NCBI GenBank assembly: GCA_963674595.2 | Contig: CAXXFV010000025.1 | Coordinates: 1-64,000 of the forward strand | DNA length: 64,000 bases | Direction of reading: 5' to 3' | From: a bacterium | GTDB lineage: Bacteria; Zhuqueibacterota; Zhuqueibacteria; Residuimicrobiales; Krinioviventaceae | Part shown: positions 10,122 to 20,466 of the stretch, in pieces | Layout: each line of letters begins with the position of its first letter | Position numbering within the stretch: the stretch's first letter is position 1 | Position numbers and translations under genes: made by a program | The notes under the pieces: model-generated | The model's database searches: none | Told to the model about the DNA's origin: nothing | Seen by the model: the letters and a program-made list of their open reading frames with translations, nothing else

Positions 10122-13100
10122 ACAGAAATCCCAACTCTTGCTTGGCGTCACCCGGTCAAAGGCCAAGATGCTCGAGTACGGTGTTCCAGAAGAATATCAC
10201 ATCAAAATCACACAAGATCCTGCCAAACTCTTCACGATCTCGATTTGCTTGCTGGGCGACATCGCCGCCGCTATCAACCGGGAGGACCCAGATCCCGGTT
10301 CCCTCTCGGAACTGAAAACCAATCTGCTTTTCTCTGCCCGTTTTTTTGACTCCTATCTCCAATCAAAACTGAACGAGACACTTAATCCATACCTCATGCT
10401 TCTTGGCTCTGCCTCCTATTACCTGTGTGATCTGCCGGGGAGCGCGTCGGTATTGGCGAATTGCATTGATGGCGACTCACCGGACCTGGATAGTGATGGT
10501 TTGGAGAACCTGTTGCTCTGGTTGTCACAGGCCGATCTGGAAACCTATTTTGATGGTGCTGAGGGACCATTCGGCGTATTCATCGACGGGATTTCAAAAA
10601 GGATTCACCAGTTTTTTAAGGATGGGACAGGCGAAGGCAATCTTCTCGATTTGGCAACGAAGTTGAGGAAAGCAGTCTATGAATTCGGTACACCCAGGCA
10701 GCTTTTAATTGGTGATGTGATTGCGGCCGTTCTGAGGAAAAAGCTCGAAAATTCCACGTGGAAGGCTCTTCCATCGTATTCGGGGATGCCCCACGATAAA
10801 TGGCTCCATGCGTTGCAAAAGGAGTCGTTCATCAAAGAGCTCTGGCCTGCACAACACCTCTTGGGCAAGGCTGGCGTTCTCAAAGGCGAGTCTGCCATCG
10901 TTCAAATGCCCACCAGCGCTGGCAAAACAAAGGCAACGGAATTGATCCTTCGAAGCGCGTTTCTGGCCGACCGCGTAGCGCTAGCTATCATTATTGCTCC
11001 TTTCAGGGCATTATGCCATGAAATCAAGAACAACCTCGTCGAAGCATTCCATAATGAATCCACCAAGGTGGATGAATTATCCGATGTCTTACAGACCGAC
11101 TACGAGATTGCCGAACTCCTGGGGCACCAACAGATCTTAGTTGTAACCCCCGAGAAGCTGCTCTACGTTCTTCGGCACGCTCCTGAGCTGGCTACCCACG
11201 TTGGGCTACTAGTTTTTGATGAAGGCCACCAGTTTGATAATGGTGCCCGAGGTATCACATACGAGCTGCTCCTAACATCGCTACGTTCCATGATTCCCGA
11301 AGATGCTCAGAAGGTGCTGATTTCGGCGGTCATAAGCAATGCTGATGCTGTCGGGGAATGGCTGAACGGCGAGACTAATGTCGTCGAAGGAACTACCCTG
11401 ATTCCTACGTTCAGGTCGGTCGGGTTCGCGAGTTGGCTTGATCAATTGGGAAGGATCGAGTACGTTGACAGCCGTAACGTTGAACAAAACGAGTTTTTCG
11501 TTCCGAGGGTGATTGAAAGGTTCAATCTCGGGAGGAAAAAAGGGGAAAGGACGGACCGTTTTTTTCCAGAGAAAACCGATGCGCAGACTATTGCACTTTA
11601 CCTTGGTCTGAAATTGGTCTCGAATGGCAGTATCGCTCTTTTCTGCGGAAAGAAGTCGACAGCGGCAAGCGTCTGCGAAAAGGCCATCAGTATTATCGAG
11701 CGAGGTGTACCCCTGGCCTCACCGTCAGATTTTTCAGACGAACAGGAAGTTGAGCGGCTGACACATTTGCACGTCAAAAATCTTGGTTCTGACGCCCCGG
11801 TGTCCAAGAGCGCAGCACAAGGCATTTTTTCTCATCATGGCAATACGCCGCATGGTATCCGATTGGCGGTGGAGTACGCCATGCGTGACAACCTTGTGCG
11901 ATTCGTTGTTTGTACATCCACCTTAGCACAGGGCGTAAACCTTCCGATTCGATACCTCATCGTGACCAGCGTCTATCAGGGTATGGAGCGTATCAAGGTT
12001 CGCGATTTCCACAATCTCATTGGCCGAGCGGGCCGAGCTGGGATGCATACCGAAGGCAGTATTCTGTTTGCAGATCCGGTGATCTATGACAAGCGGAAGG
12101 CCCGTAATGACAAATGGCGCTGGGATCAGGTGAAAGGACTTCTGGATCCGCGCAATTCGGAGCCATGTATCAGCAATCTCCTATCGATCTTCGACCCCAT
12201 CAAGAGTGATGACGAACAATTCACCATCTCCATAAAGGCTCTGGATTTTGCGAACGCTTACATCAGCGAGCCGGATGAAATTGCCAAACTCGCCGCAGGG
12301 ATTGCCGCACAACATGGGGACAAAAGATTCTCACAAGACGGTGTGGAGCGGCAAGTTGCTTGGAGAATCAGCCTCATCTGTGCCGTCGAGAGTTTCCTGT
12401 TATCCCATTGGGATGAGAATGAGGATGGTCTTTCTGAGGCTGATGTGACCCGACTAGCCGAAGCAACGTTTGCTTTCTTCTTGGCTGATGGACAGAAAAA
12501 GGAATATATCCGCGAGTTGTTTCAGCTCCTCGCTAAGAATATCTCCGCAAACATCACCAATCCGGCTCGCCGTAAAATCTACGGCAGGACGCTTTATGGT
12601 GTTCAGGATGCCCAAGCCATTGAAGGATGGGTTCAGTTCAACGCTGATAGCCTGCTTTCGATTGTTGATGAGACAGAAACGCTATACCTTACCTGGCCAT
12701 TACTCACCCGGCATATAAACGGCGGTGTGTTCACGAAGTTCGATAAGCCGGAGGTGCTTATAGAAATTGCGCTTGGATGGATCAGTGGGCTGCCGTTCAG
12801 CGACTTACTGGGAATCATCCGTGAGCGCGAAGCCAAAATGATATGGGGCACCCGGCGTAGGGAATTCAAGATCGATCATGTCGTTGATGTCTGCGAAGGG
12901 ACGTTAGCTTATGATGGTGCCCTGTTGGTAGGCGCCTTATGTGAATTCATGGAAACACTTGACAAAGACTGCAACGGAGACTTGGTCAATCGCCTACAGC
13001 TTTTCCAAAAGCGCCTCAAATATGGTTTACCCACTGAAACCACCATTGCCCTATACGAACTTGGCTTTTCGGACCGTGTCATCTGTCAGGACTTCGCCGT

Positions 13101-13233
13101 ATCCTTGAACCTGGTAGCGACGCAGAAGAAGGATCTCGTGAAGGCGCTGAAACAAAACCGGGACGGAGCCAAAGTCCTGATGGAGAAATACCCAAGCTAT
13201 TTTCAGGAACGAATGAATGAAATCATGGGCTAG
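10111..13233 (+). CDS. hamB: Hachiman Ski2-like SF2 helicase HamB
   Basis: PTSAGKT, PFRAL, TPEK, DEGH, SAV, TSTLAQGVNLP, GRAGR; downstream of DUF1837 gene; likely start MRPEQK. Confidence 0.85.
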   Translation: MRPEQKSQLLLGVTRSKAKMLEYGVPEEYHIKITQDPAKLFTISICLLGDIAAAINREDPDPGSLSELKTNLLFSARFFDSYLQSKLNETLNPYLMLLGSASYYLCDLPGSASVLANCIDGDSPDLDSDGLENLLLWLSQADLETYFDGAEGPFGVFIDGISKRIHQFFKDGTGEGNLLDLATKLRKAVYEFGTPRQLLIGDVIAAVLRKKLENSTWKALPSYSGMPHDKWLHALQKESFIKELWPAQHLLGKAGVLKGESAIVQMPTSAGKTKATELILRSAFLADRVALAIIIAPFRALCHEIKNNLVEAFHNESTKVDELSDVLQTDYEIAELLGHQQILVVTPEKLLYVLRHAPELATHVGLLVFDEGHQFDNGARGITYELLLTSLRSMIPEDAQKVLISAVISNADAVGEWLNGETNVVEGTTLIPTFRSVGFASWLDQLGRIEYVDSRNVEQNEFFVPRVIERFNLGRKKGERTDRFFPEKTDAQTIALYLGLKLVSNGSIALFCGKKSTAASVCEKAISIIERGVPLASPSDFSDEQEVERLTHLHVKNLGSDAPVSKSAAQGIFSHHGNTPHGIRLAVEYAMRDNLVRFVVCTSTLAQGVNLPIRYLIVTSVYQGMERIKVRDFHNLIGRAGRAGMHTEGSILFADPVIYDKRKARNDKWRWDQVKGLLDPRNSEPCISNLLSIFDPIKSDDEQFTISIKALDFANAYISEPDEIAKLAAGIAAQHGDKRFSQDGVERQVAWRISLICAVESFLLSHWDENEDGLSEADVTRLAEATFAFFLADGQKKEYIRELFQLLAKNISANITNPARRKIYGRTLYGVQDAQAIEGWVQFNADSLLSIVDETETLYLTWPLLTRHINGGVFTKFDKPEVLIEIALGWISGLPFSDLLGIIREREAKMIWGTRRREFKIDHVVDVCEGTLAYDGALLVGALCEFMETLDKDCNGDLVNRLQLFQKRLKYGLPTETTIALYELGFSDRVICQDFAVSLNLVATQKKDLVKALKQNRDGAKVLMEKYPSYFQERMNEIMG

Positions 13234-13302
13234 CAACCGCATCAACTCGGACTGACAATTCCGCTACGTTCCATTACCAGCTGTTTATGCGGAGCGTTAG
13301 CC
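13228..13302 (+). mobile_element. Integron attC recombination site
   Basis: R'' GGCTAGC (1 mismatch to GGCTAAC) overlapping the hamB stop; L boxes CCGCAT(C)AA / TTATGCGG with an extra base; R' GTTAGCC at 13296. Confidence 0.8.
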
Positions 13303-13525
13303 ACTTTAAGATGATATTATCTATAGAACGTCAGGCACTGGCCCAGCCTGACATGTCAGTTATAAAGAATTGTTATGATATGTGGGGATGGACGGTAATC
13401 AAGTTTATAACATATTTTTGTATAATAAAAATTTTTTTCATATATCTGACATTTTTCAACAGGCTATGGATGTAAAATCCCCTAAATATTGCCCTGGGAT
13501 ATTTGATAAATTCCTTAAAAACACC

Positions 13526-13684
13526 TTGCACGGATTCGACAAAATTTGTACTATTTAATTGACTTAATCACCATAGAGGGATTAAGAGTTAACGGACCAG
13601 ATGACCGCATGTATTAACCGAAGGCTAGGTAGTATCCCGAACCTACCTTCCATAGTGCATTGCCGATCATGGGCCCGTTTTTTT
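13526..13684 (+). ncRNA. Promoter plus candidate sRNA (short hairpin, long rod, U-tail)
   Basis: TTGCAC-17-TACTAT; CTTAATC/GATTAAG; long stem 13591-13679; T run. Confidence 0.5.
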
Positions 13685-14247
13685 GTTCATAAGTTTAAAA
13701 GGGGAAAAATATTTCTTGCAGGTAGGATGAATGCGCAGGCAGGACTCAATTACATGAAACTTACTTTGGAAGCATCGAAAGAGGTGAAAAAATTTCCACG
13801 ATTACGAACCTTGAAAAACAGTCAATGCATTGAAGTTACTCTAGTTTCAATTGTTAAAAATAGATTATAGTTATGCAGAAGATCGGATAGCGGTTAGTGA
13901 AGTCTTGGATATTTATATATCTCAGTCCCTTGGAACAAAAAATATTGTAAAGAAAATAGTAAAAAATCGGGGGAACAGGGTCATGTGAAATGTCATATTT
14001 TTGAATATTTTAAAACTGTCTCATAATCGTTGATTAGTAGGATTCGCTAAATATCGAGTTGTTTGTATAAAAAAAATTATTTCTGTTGACATTTTTCCCA
14101 TAATTTTGTAAAATGTTTTCGGGTTTTTAGAATTACTCAATTTTAGATTTTGGTGTGGCATCTAATGTAAGGCTTCTGGTATGATACGACTATCCCATCA
14201 AACTATTTTTCCCTCGCAAATAATTTTTTCAATAAATATTAAAATAA

Positions 14248-14262
14248 CGGCATACTATTTGT
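14248..14262 (+). promoter_or_regulatory. Putative sigma54 (-24/-12) promoter of the T2SS operon
   Basis: CGGCATACTATTTGT: GG-N10-GT, same variant as the Rhs promoters. Confidence 0.5.
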
Positions 14263-14641
14263 TAATAAAGTTTGTAGACCGGGTGTTCATTGTCTTTTAC
14301 GATGGACATTTATATTTCCATTAACATATTTATTACATTATTGGGTAACATTACAGAATTGTAAGAAATTAAATTATTTATTAAGGATTGGTATGTAGAC
14401 TAACTGAATTGAAATAATTATAAATAACCCTTGAAAAAAAAGAGCCCACGCATCATAATTCCCTTGGCCGGAGAATTTTTATGATAATCAGCGTATTTGA
14501 TGGATACGTACGCCTTTTTTGTGCGGGCTCTGTTTGTAATGTATTGTTTTTAATCAATATTTACAAGCTGTTTTTTATGTTCGTCAATCATGACTTTTCT
14601 CGGGGTTCATTTAAGTTTAAATTGTGGTCTGTTATTTTTAA

Positions 14642-16108
14642 ATGGAGGGTAGATTGTCTGAAAAAGATTCATCTTCGATCTCGGCATTTATTCTGGAAAA
14701 TTATCCCTGCTGTGTCCTTTCGCAAAACAATGGGTCTGTTGAGCTGGGCGTCAGTGATCAGTTGTCTGATAAAGAGTTTCAGGAACTTTTGTTTTTATGT
14801 GATGAAAATACCAAGATAAAAAAAGTCCCAAATCAGCAAATTAATCAACGTATTGTGAATGCTCCAAATACATCTGGCGGGCAGCGATTTACTGTTTTGC
14901 AAGAGTTAGCGGAAACCTTACCGGTTAACAAGAAAGATTCGGACACCGATGATGGTCAGGTAATTCAGTTAGTTAATGATCTGATTTCTGATGCAATTTA
15001 TTCCAGAGCAAGTGATATACATATTGAGCCCTATGAATCGGTATTTCGCGTTCGTTACCGATTGGATGGATCATTAAAACAAGTTAAATCTTTATCAATG
15101 ATATTAAAATCACCACTCATTTCCAGATTAAAAATTATGGCGGAATTAGACATAGCTGAAAAACGCCGTCCACAGGATGGACGTATTCGTATGAGTAATG
15201 GTGAACGAACCGTTGATATTCGGGTCTCTTCATTACCTACGGATTTTGGTGAAAAAATAGTATTGCGTATCCTGGACAAATCATCCATTGTGTTCGATGT
15301 GAAAAAAATTGGTCTCTGTGAACGTGATCTGGATTTGCTGAATAAAACTGTTCATTTACCTTTTGGAATGATTTTGGTTACGGGGCCTACCGGAAGTGGA
15401 AAAAGTACAACCCTCTATTCTGTACTTAAAGAGCTCAATACTGAAGATCAAAACATTGTTACAATTGAAGATCCGATTGAATATAACTTGCAGGGAATCA
15501 ACCAATCACATGCTCGAAGCGATATTGGATTTACCTTTGCCAACGCGTTACGGGCGTTTTTACGACAGGACCCGGATGTTATTATGGTCGGTGAAATTCG
15601 TGATAGAGAAACAGCCGAAATGGCGGTGCGTGCATCTCTAACCGGGCATCTTGTCCTGAGTACCTTACATACTAATAATGCGCCGGAAACCATTACCCGT
15701 CTTTTGGATATGGATATTGAACCTTTTTTAATTGCTGCTGCCGTTAAACTGGTTATTGCCCAGAGATTGGTTCGGGTACTTTGCTCGCAATGTAAAGAGT
15801 TAATTACAGACACCAAACTTTTATCCGAACTTGCAGAAAAATGCAAAACATCAACAGATCAATCATTTTATAAAGCTGTAGGGTGTCAGGCATGTCATTA
15901 TACCGGTTTTAAGGGACGGACTGCCTTATTCGAATTGCTTTATCTATCTGAGCACATTGCCCAATCCATTCATTCGCACATTTCCATAAATGATCTCAGC
16001 GAATTGGCCATTAAAGAAGGTATGAAAACTTTGTATCAACAAGGGATTGATTGTGTTAAAAATGGTATAACGACTTTGGATGAAGTGTTACGGGAAACAA
16101 TGAGTTAA
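14642..16108 (+). CDS. gspE: T2SS/T4P assembly ATPase GspE/PilB
   Basis: ASDIHIEP, GPTGSGKST, TIEDPIE, RQDPDVIMVGEIRD, tetracysteine Zn motif. Confidence 0.95.
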   Translation: MEGRLSEKDSSSISAFILENYPCCVLSQNNGSVELGVSDQLSDKEFQELLFLCDENTKIKKVPNQQINQRIVNAPNTSGGQRFTVLQELAETLPVNKKDSDTDDGQVIQLVNDLISDAIYSRASDIHIEPYESVFRVRYRLDGSLKQVKSLSMILKSPLISRLKIMAELDIAEKRRPQDGRIRMSNGERTVDIRVSSLPTDFGEKIVLRILDKSSIVFDVKKIGLCERDLDLLNKTVHLPFGMILVTGPTGSGKSTTLYSVLKELNTEDQNIVTIEDPIEYNLQGINQSHARSDIGFTFANALRAFLRQDPDVIMVGEIRDRETAEMAVRASLTGHLVLSTLHTNNAPETITRLLDMDIEPFLIAAAVKLVIAQRLVRVLCSQCKELITDTKLLSELAEKCKTSTDQSFYKAVGCQACHYTGFKGRTALFELLYLSEHIAQSIHSHISINDLSELAIKEGMKTLYQQGIDCVKNGITTLDEVLRETMS

Positions 16109-16140
16109 TTTATAAAAACAATATAACCTGCGGGTGGAAT

Positions 16141-18042
16141 ATGAAACGTCAAACAATCTTTATATTAGTGTTGTTAATTATAATTTTTTCGGACCTTTTT
16201 GCACAAGAGAAGGGACAGCGTTTCAATAATCATAGGCGTTTTAACGATTCAACCAGAACAACTTTGTTGACAAGTCAAATAATTACTGTTCTGGATTTTA
16301 AAAATACTGACATTAAAGATATCATGCGGGCACTGGCTGAAAAATATGATATTAATATTTTTGTTCAGGACGCTATCGATAAACGTATTACCGTGCATTT
16401 GACCAATATTAGTGTTGATCAGGCCATTCAGTTTATGGTGGACCAATGCCAGCTTTTGCTGGAACAGGAGGGAACAATTTATAAACTCAAATTGCCGGAA
16501 CCGGAACCAGATCCGCCGCCACCACCTTTACGCATATTTATGGAAAACGGCTTGCTGACTGTTGATGTGAATAATGAACCATTAGACCGTGTCATTCGGC
16601 TTATTGCTGAAAAAAGTGGAAAAAATATTGTCCTTGCCAATGGGGTTTCCGGATACATCAGCGGGTTTTTACAAAGTATTGAATTAGAAGAAGGAATTCG
16701 ATCTCTGGCTACAATTAATGGTTTTTCACTGAGAAAACAGGAAAGTCTTTACGTCATTGATTGGGGTATTTTACAGGATACGCAAAAATCAGGACAAAGG
16801 ACCGGACGTTTTTGGGTGAATGCAAAAGATAGTCTTTTATCTATAGATTTTGTCGGTGTGCAGTTGGCCGACGCAGTTCGTGAGATTTCCAATCATTTGG
16901 GGATTGATATTATAATTTATGGTGAAATTAAGGGTATGATTACAGCGAAATGTTCAGACCATCCCATTGAAGAAGTATTGAACCTTCTTTTTAAAGGAAC
17001 CAATTATACTTTTCGCAAAAAAGGACGTATTTTTCTTGTGGGGGAGAAAACAGTTCAGGGTATTTCTTCCACAGAGCTTATACAACTAAAACACATGAAA
17101 GTCGAAGGATTGACAGAAATTTTACCAAAACGCCTAACCTCTGAAGCTGGAGTTCAGATTATCAAAGAGCACAATGGGATCATGGTTACCGGCAGTCAGG
17201 AAATTATCAGCGAGGCACGTGATTACCTGAATCAGATTGATAAACCCATCCCACAAATTTTGATCGAAGCGATTGTTGTGGATTTTAATACAGCCGATCT
17301 TCGTGAGTTTAGCCTGGATGCCGGTCTTGGATCACCTGATTCTTCCAAGGTATCCAGCTTTCGCCAGCTTTTTCCTTTTGTTGAGCAAACAGCTGATGGG
17401 GACTATTTAAATGCTCAAATTGATCTGTACACACCGCGTTGGGGCTTGCCTCAAGTTGGCAGGTTACCAAGCGATTTTTATCTTCGTATTAAGGCCCTGG
17501 AACAGGAAAGCAAGGCCAAAATCCGTTCCCGGCCCCAAATAGCTACCTTAAGTGGACATACAGCCAGCATTAGTATCGGAACAACCCAGTATTTTATTCT
17601 TGAAACGAATACACCTTATCCGGCAACTAATAATATCTATGTTCAGGGCTCCCAGCGTTTTGAGACGATCAAAGCTGAAATGCTACTTGAAGTTACACCT
17701 TGGGTTAGTGCTTCCGGTGAAATTACTACTGAAATTCATCCGGAATTTAGTACTCCAAAGGAGCATCTTGATCCAAATGTGCCTCCGACCATTGATCATC
17801 GAATCCTTAATTCGACTGTGCGTTTAAGAGATGGAGAAACCATTATTCTTGGTGGATTAATTCAGGATATGGATTCTAAAAGTTATGAAAAGTTTCCCAT
17901 TTTGGGTGATATTCCACTATTGGGATATCTGTTTAGAAATCATTCAAAAAATAACACCTCATCCGAACTGATGGTTTATTTGACGCCCCATCTTTATTAC
18001 GAAGACCTCGGAGATGTCGATATTGAGGAAAAGTTGAAATAA
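16141..18042 (+). CDS. gspD: Secretin GspD/PilQ
   Basis: Signal peptide, N domains, QILIEAIVVD, DGETIILGGLI, PILGDIPLLGYLF. Confidence 0.93.
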   Translation: MKRQTIFILVLLIIIFSDLFAQEKGQRFNNHRRFNDSTRTTLLTSQIITVLDFKNTDIKDIMRALAEKYDINIFVQDAIDKRITVHLTNISVDQAIQFMVDQCQLLLEQEGTIYKLKLPEPEPDPPPPPLRIFMENGLLTVDVNNEPLDRVIRLIAEKSGKNIVLANGVSGYISGFLQSIELEEGIRSLATINGFSLRKQESLYVIDWGILQDTQKSGQRTGRFWVNAKDSLLSIDFVGVQLADAVREISNHLGIDIIIYGEIKGMITAKCSDHPIEEVLNLLFKGTNYTFRKKGRIFLVGEKTVQGISSTELIQLKHMKVEGLTEILPKRLTSEAGVQIIKEHNGIMVTGSQEIISEARDYLNQIDKPIPQILIEAIVVDFNTADLREFSLDAGLGSPDSSKVSSFRQLFPFVEQTADGDYLNAQIDLYTPRWGLPQVGRLPSDFYLRIKALEQESKAKIRSRPQIATLSGHTASISIGTTQYFILETNTPYPATNNIYVQGSQRFETIKAEMLLEVTPWVSASGEITTEIHPEFSTPKEHLDPNVPPTIDHRILNSTVRLRDGETIILGGLIQDMDSKSYEKFPILGDIPLLGYLFRNHSKNNTSSELMVYLTPHLYYEDLGDVDIEEKLK

Positions 18043-18060
18043 ATATAAGGGGAGAGTCGT

Positions 18061-19461
18061 ATGAATTTACATAATATAGGTGTCAAATATACCCGGCAAT
18101 TCCTTAAATGGTTTTGTATGAGTGAAAAAGTCGTTGCCATTGAAATTCAAAATAACTTTGTGCGAATTGTGGGTTTGGAAAAGTCACAAGGAAAAATATC
18201 TCAATGGTTTCAGGACACCACATTTATTTCAACACAACAAGAAAATGAACTGACTTTGTTGTTTATTTTGAATGACATCATAGAAAAATATCCCTTTATT
18301 AAAAATGTAGCTGTTGTCATCGTCATGCCGGATTTTCCAGTGCTGTACCGAAACAACAATGGTCAATCGGGCTCTCAATCTTCGTTATTTGAATCTTCGA
18401 ATAATAAAACAGGATCATCTTTTCAGGTCATCAATGATCAGGCAGATCAAGGTCGTTTAGCCCCGACAATCATTTGTAAACATCAGGATTTACATCCTGT
18501 CTTAAATGCATTGGAAAATATCCCATTAAATATCGCATCGTTGGTAAAAGGAGCACCGGAATGGTTAAGCGCCTGGCTGGTGAGTCATGCAGAATTCCTT
18601 GAAATCGAGTGTACGTTAGCTGAACGGAATGATACTCAATCTATTTTGTATCAAGTTGTTCAGGGACGCTGTACCGGGTATGAAATTTTTACTTCAGGTG
18701 AGAATAATTTGCATGCACCGGAGCGATTGAAAGAGGAATCCTGTCAATTTGTATTTGATACGACAGCTTTAGCTGAAAATAATAACAACGGGAATGATTC
18801 CCTTACAAACGATAAAGCATTTATGCGTGCAGAGGGATCAGCTTTATGTCGATTTTTTAATCGATTTTCAAGTTTTAATTTGTTACCACAGGATAAAATT
18901 GCACAATTTGAAACATGGCAGCGTCTGCAAAATGTTAAAAACATTGGCATTCGGGCAGCATTAGCCTGGATGGTTTTGATGGCGGTATTATTGGTTCCGT
19001 TTTTAATAACAAACAGTAATTTGAAGAACTGGGAGAAAAGCTATCGTGTTTTCAAGGGGCAGATTCAAAAGATTGAAGAACTGAAATCAAAGCAAAAACA
19101 GTTATTGGACCGGCAGGAAAATCTTGGGCGTGTTTTCGGAAAACGCAGTGGCTTTGCAGCCGGACTTGGTGCACTGACACAGAAAATGACCAATGAGTTA
19201 TGGCTGGACAGGATTAGTTATAATATGAAAAGCTTGACTTCTTTACAAAAAAAAGACAATTCAAATCTCTTGCTTGAAGGGTTTGCATTAAATGATGAAT
19301 CCGTAATTACTTTGGCAGAGCAGTTACAGAATGATCTTGGCTTTTCCAGGGTCACTGTAGATCTTTTACAAAAAATTCCCAGAGACAAATTGCCCCACAC
19401 TCAGGGTACAAGCAAGTCATTTTTATATCACTTTCAAATTAGCACGGTTGTGACATGGTAA
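18061..19461 (+). CDS. GspL/PilM-PilN-like alignment protein
   Basis: Single TM, coiled coil, LWLDRI...LLLEGFA PilN-like domain; operon position. Confidence 0.7.
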   Translation: MNLHNIGVKYTRQFLKWFCMSEKVVAIEIQNNFVRIVGLEKSQGKISQWFQDTTFISTQQENELTLLFILNDIIEKYPFIKNVAVVIVMPDFPVLYRNNNGQSGSQSSLFESSNNKTGSSFQVINDQADQGRLAPTIICKHQDLHPVLNALENIPLNIASLVKGAPEWLSAWLVSHAEFLEIECTLAERNDTQSILYQVVQGRCTGYEIFTSGENNLHAPERLKEESCQFVFDTTALAENNNNGNDSLTNDKAFMRAEGSALCRFFNRFSSFNLLPQDKIAQFETWQRLQNVKNIGIRAALAWMVLMAVLLVPFLITNSNLKNWEKSYRVFKGQIQKIEELKSKQKQLLDRQENLGRVFGKRSGFAAGLGALTQKMTNELWLDRISYNMKSLTSLQKKDNSNLLLEGFALNDESVITLAEQLQNDLGFSRVTVDLLQKIPRDKLPHTQGTSKSFLYHFQISTVVTW

Positions 19462-20003
19462 ATTGGAAAATATATTTTATCGACAAAAAGACTCGTCTAT
19501 ACATAATTATGGAATGTGCTTTGTTATTGCTTCTGTGTCGTTTTTTTACATTTCCGATGATTGGAAAGATTTTCACTAATATCACCAATTCAAGCCGGTT
19601 TAAAAATCAGGTTATTGAAGCGCAACAGTGGCAGCCATTAAGCCATAAACTGGAAACCCAGCTCAGCTTACAGGAACAAAATCTATCTAACGCGGAACAG
19701 AGTATACTTGTTCGTAATATGTCTGCCTATTTGCGTCTATTGCAAAAATCTGCAAAAGAGAATAATATTCAGTTGCAAACTGTCCGTCCCGGTGATGATA
19801 AAGACAACGAATTTTTAATAATTCAAGTCCAGGCAAAAGGTCCTTTTCACAATTTGGCCAGGTTTATTAACTCTTTAGAACGATCACATATTTTAGCCTG
19901 GGTTGAAGCCTTTGAAATAAAGCATGAAAAAAAGAATTACAAAGCAGTAATTGCTGTGATAAATTTTGGTTTTCAAAAAACAGGTAACAATGCTGAAAAA
20001 TAA
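19455..20003 (+). CDS. GspM/PilO-like protein
   Basis: TM, coiled coil, KGPFHNLARFINSLE motif. Confidence 0.75.
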   Translation: MVNWKIYFIDKKTRLYIIMECALLLLLCRFFTFPMIGKIFTNITNSSRFKNQVIEAQQWQPLSHKLETQLSLQEQNLSNAEQSILVRNMSAYLRLLQKSAKENNIQLQTVRPGDDKDNEFLIIQVQAKGPFHNLARFINSLERSHILAWVEAFEIKHEKKNYKAVIAVINFGFQKTGNNAEK

Positions 20004-20466
20004 AAAAACATTACCGGTACTACTTATCGTGGCCGTATTAGTCTGGGGATTAAATGGTTACCGTTTGATTAAAGGGATAAACCTAACTGATCAGCCGTCT
20101 TTGTTCCAGGACTTGAATTCACAAAATTTTTCAGGTGTCTGGCAAGACTCTGTTTGGTATAAATATCAATATATATCAGTAGATCGGGACCCGATGTTTA
20201 TGCCAATAAAAAAAATGATTATGAAAAAGCAAATTCATAACCGTAAAAAGGAGAAAAGAAAAAAGCCGGAAATCAAATGCCCACAGCTCAGGTTGACTGG
20301 AGTTATTACTGATGAAATGGGTAAACTGGCAGTTATTCTTGATGTAAATCAGTATACTTATTTTGTCAGGCAGAACCAACAGCTTGATTCTGTACAAATC
20401 TCTGCTATCAGTGATTCGTGTGTAATAATTTCTTATAAAAACAAAAAATTTAAACTTGATCTCTAA
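19990..20466 (+). CDS. GspC/PilP-like protein
   Basis: N-terminal TM, RDPM, LRLTGVI...LAVI motif. Confidence 0.65.
   Translation: MLKNKKTLPVLLIVAVLVWGLNGYRLIKGINLTDQPSLFQDLNSQNFSGVWQDSVWYKYQYISVDRDPMFMPIKKMIMKKQIHNRKKEKRKKPEIKCPQLRLTGVITDEMGKLAVILDVNQYTYFVRQNQQLDSVQISAISDSCVIISYKNKKFKLDL

Noticed and set aside
13561-13684. SRP RNA, 6S RNA or retron msr-msd
   Set aside because: Lacks the SRP helix-8 motif, is short for 6S, and no reverse transcriptase is in the window.
13287-14819. ORFs 13287, 13601 and 14481, and other short overlapping or antisense ORFs in the track
   Set aside because: No recognisable motifs; they overlap attC, structured RNA or well-supported genes.
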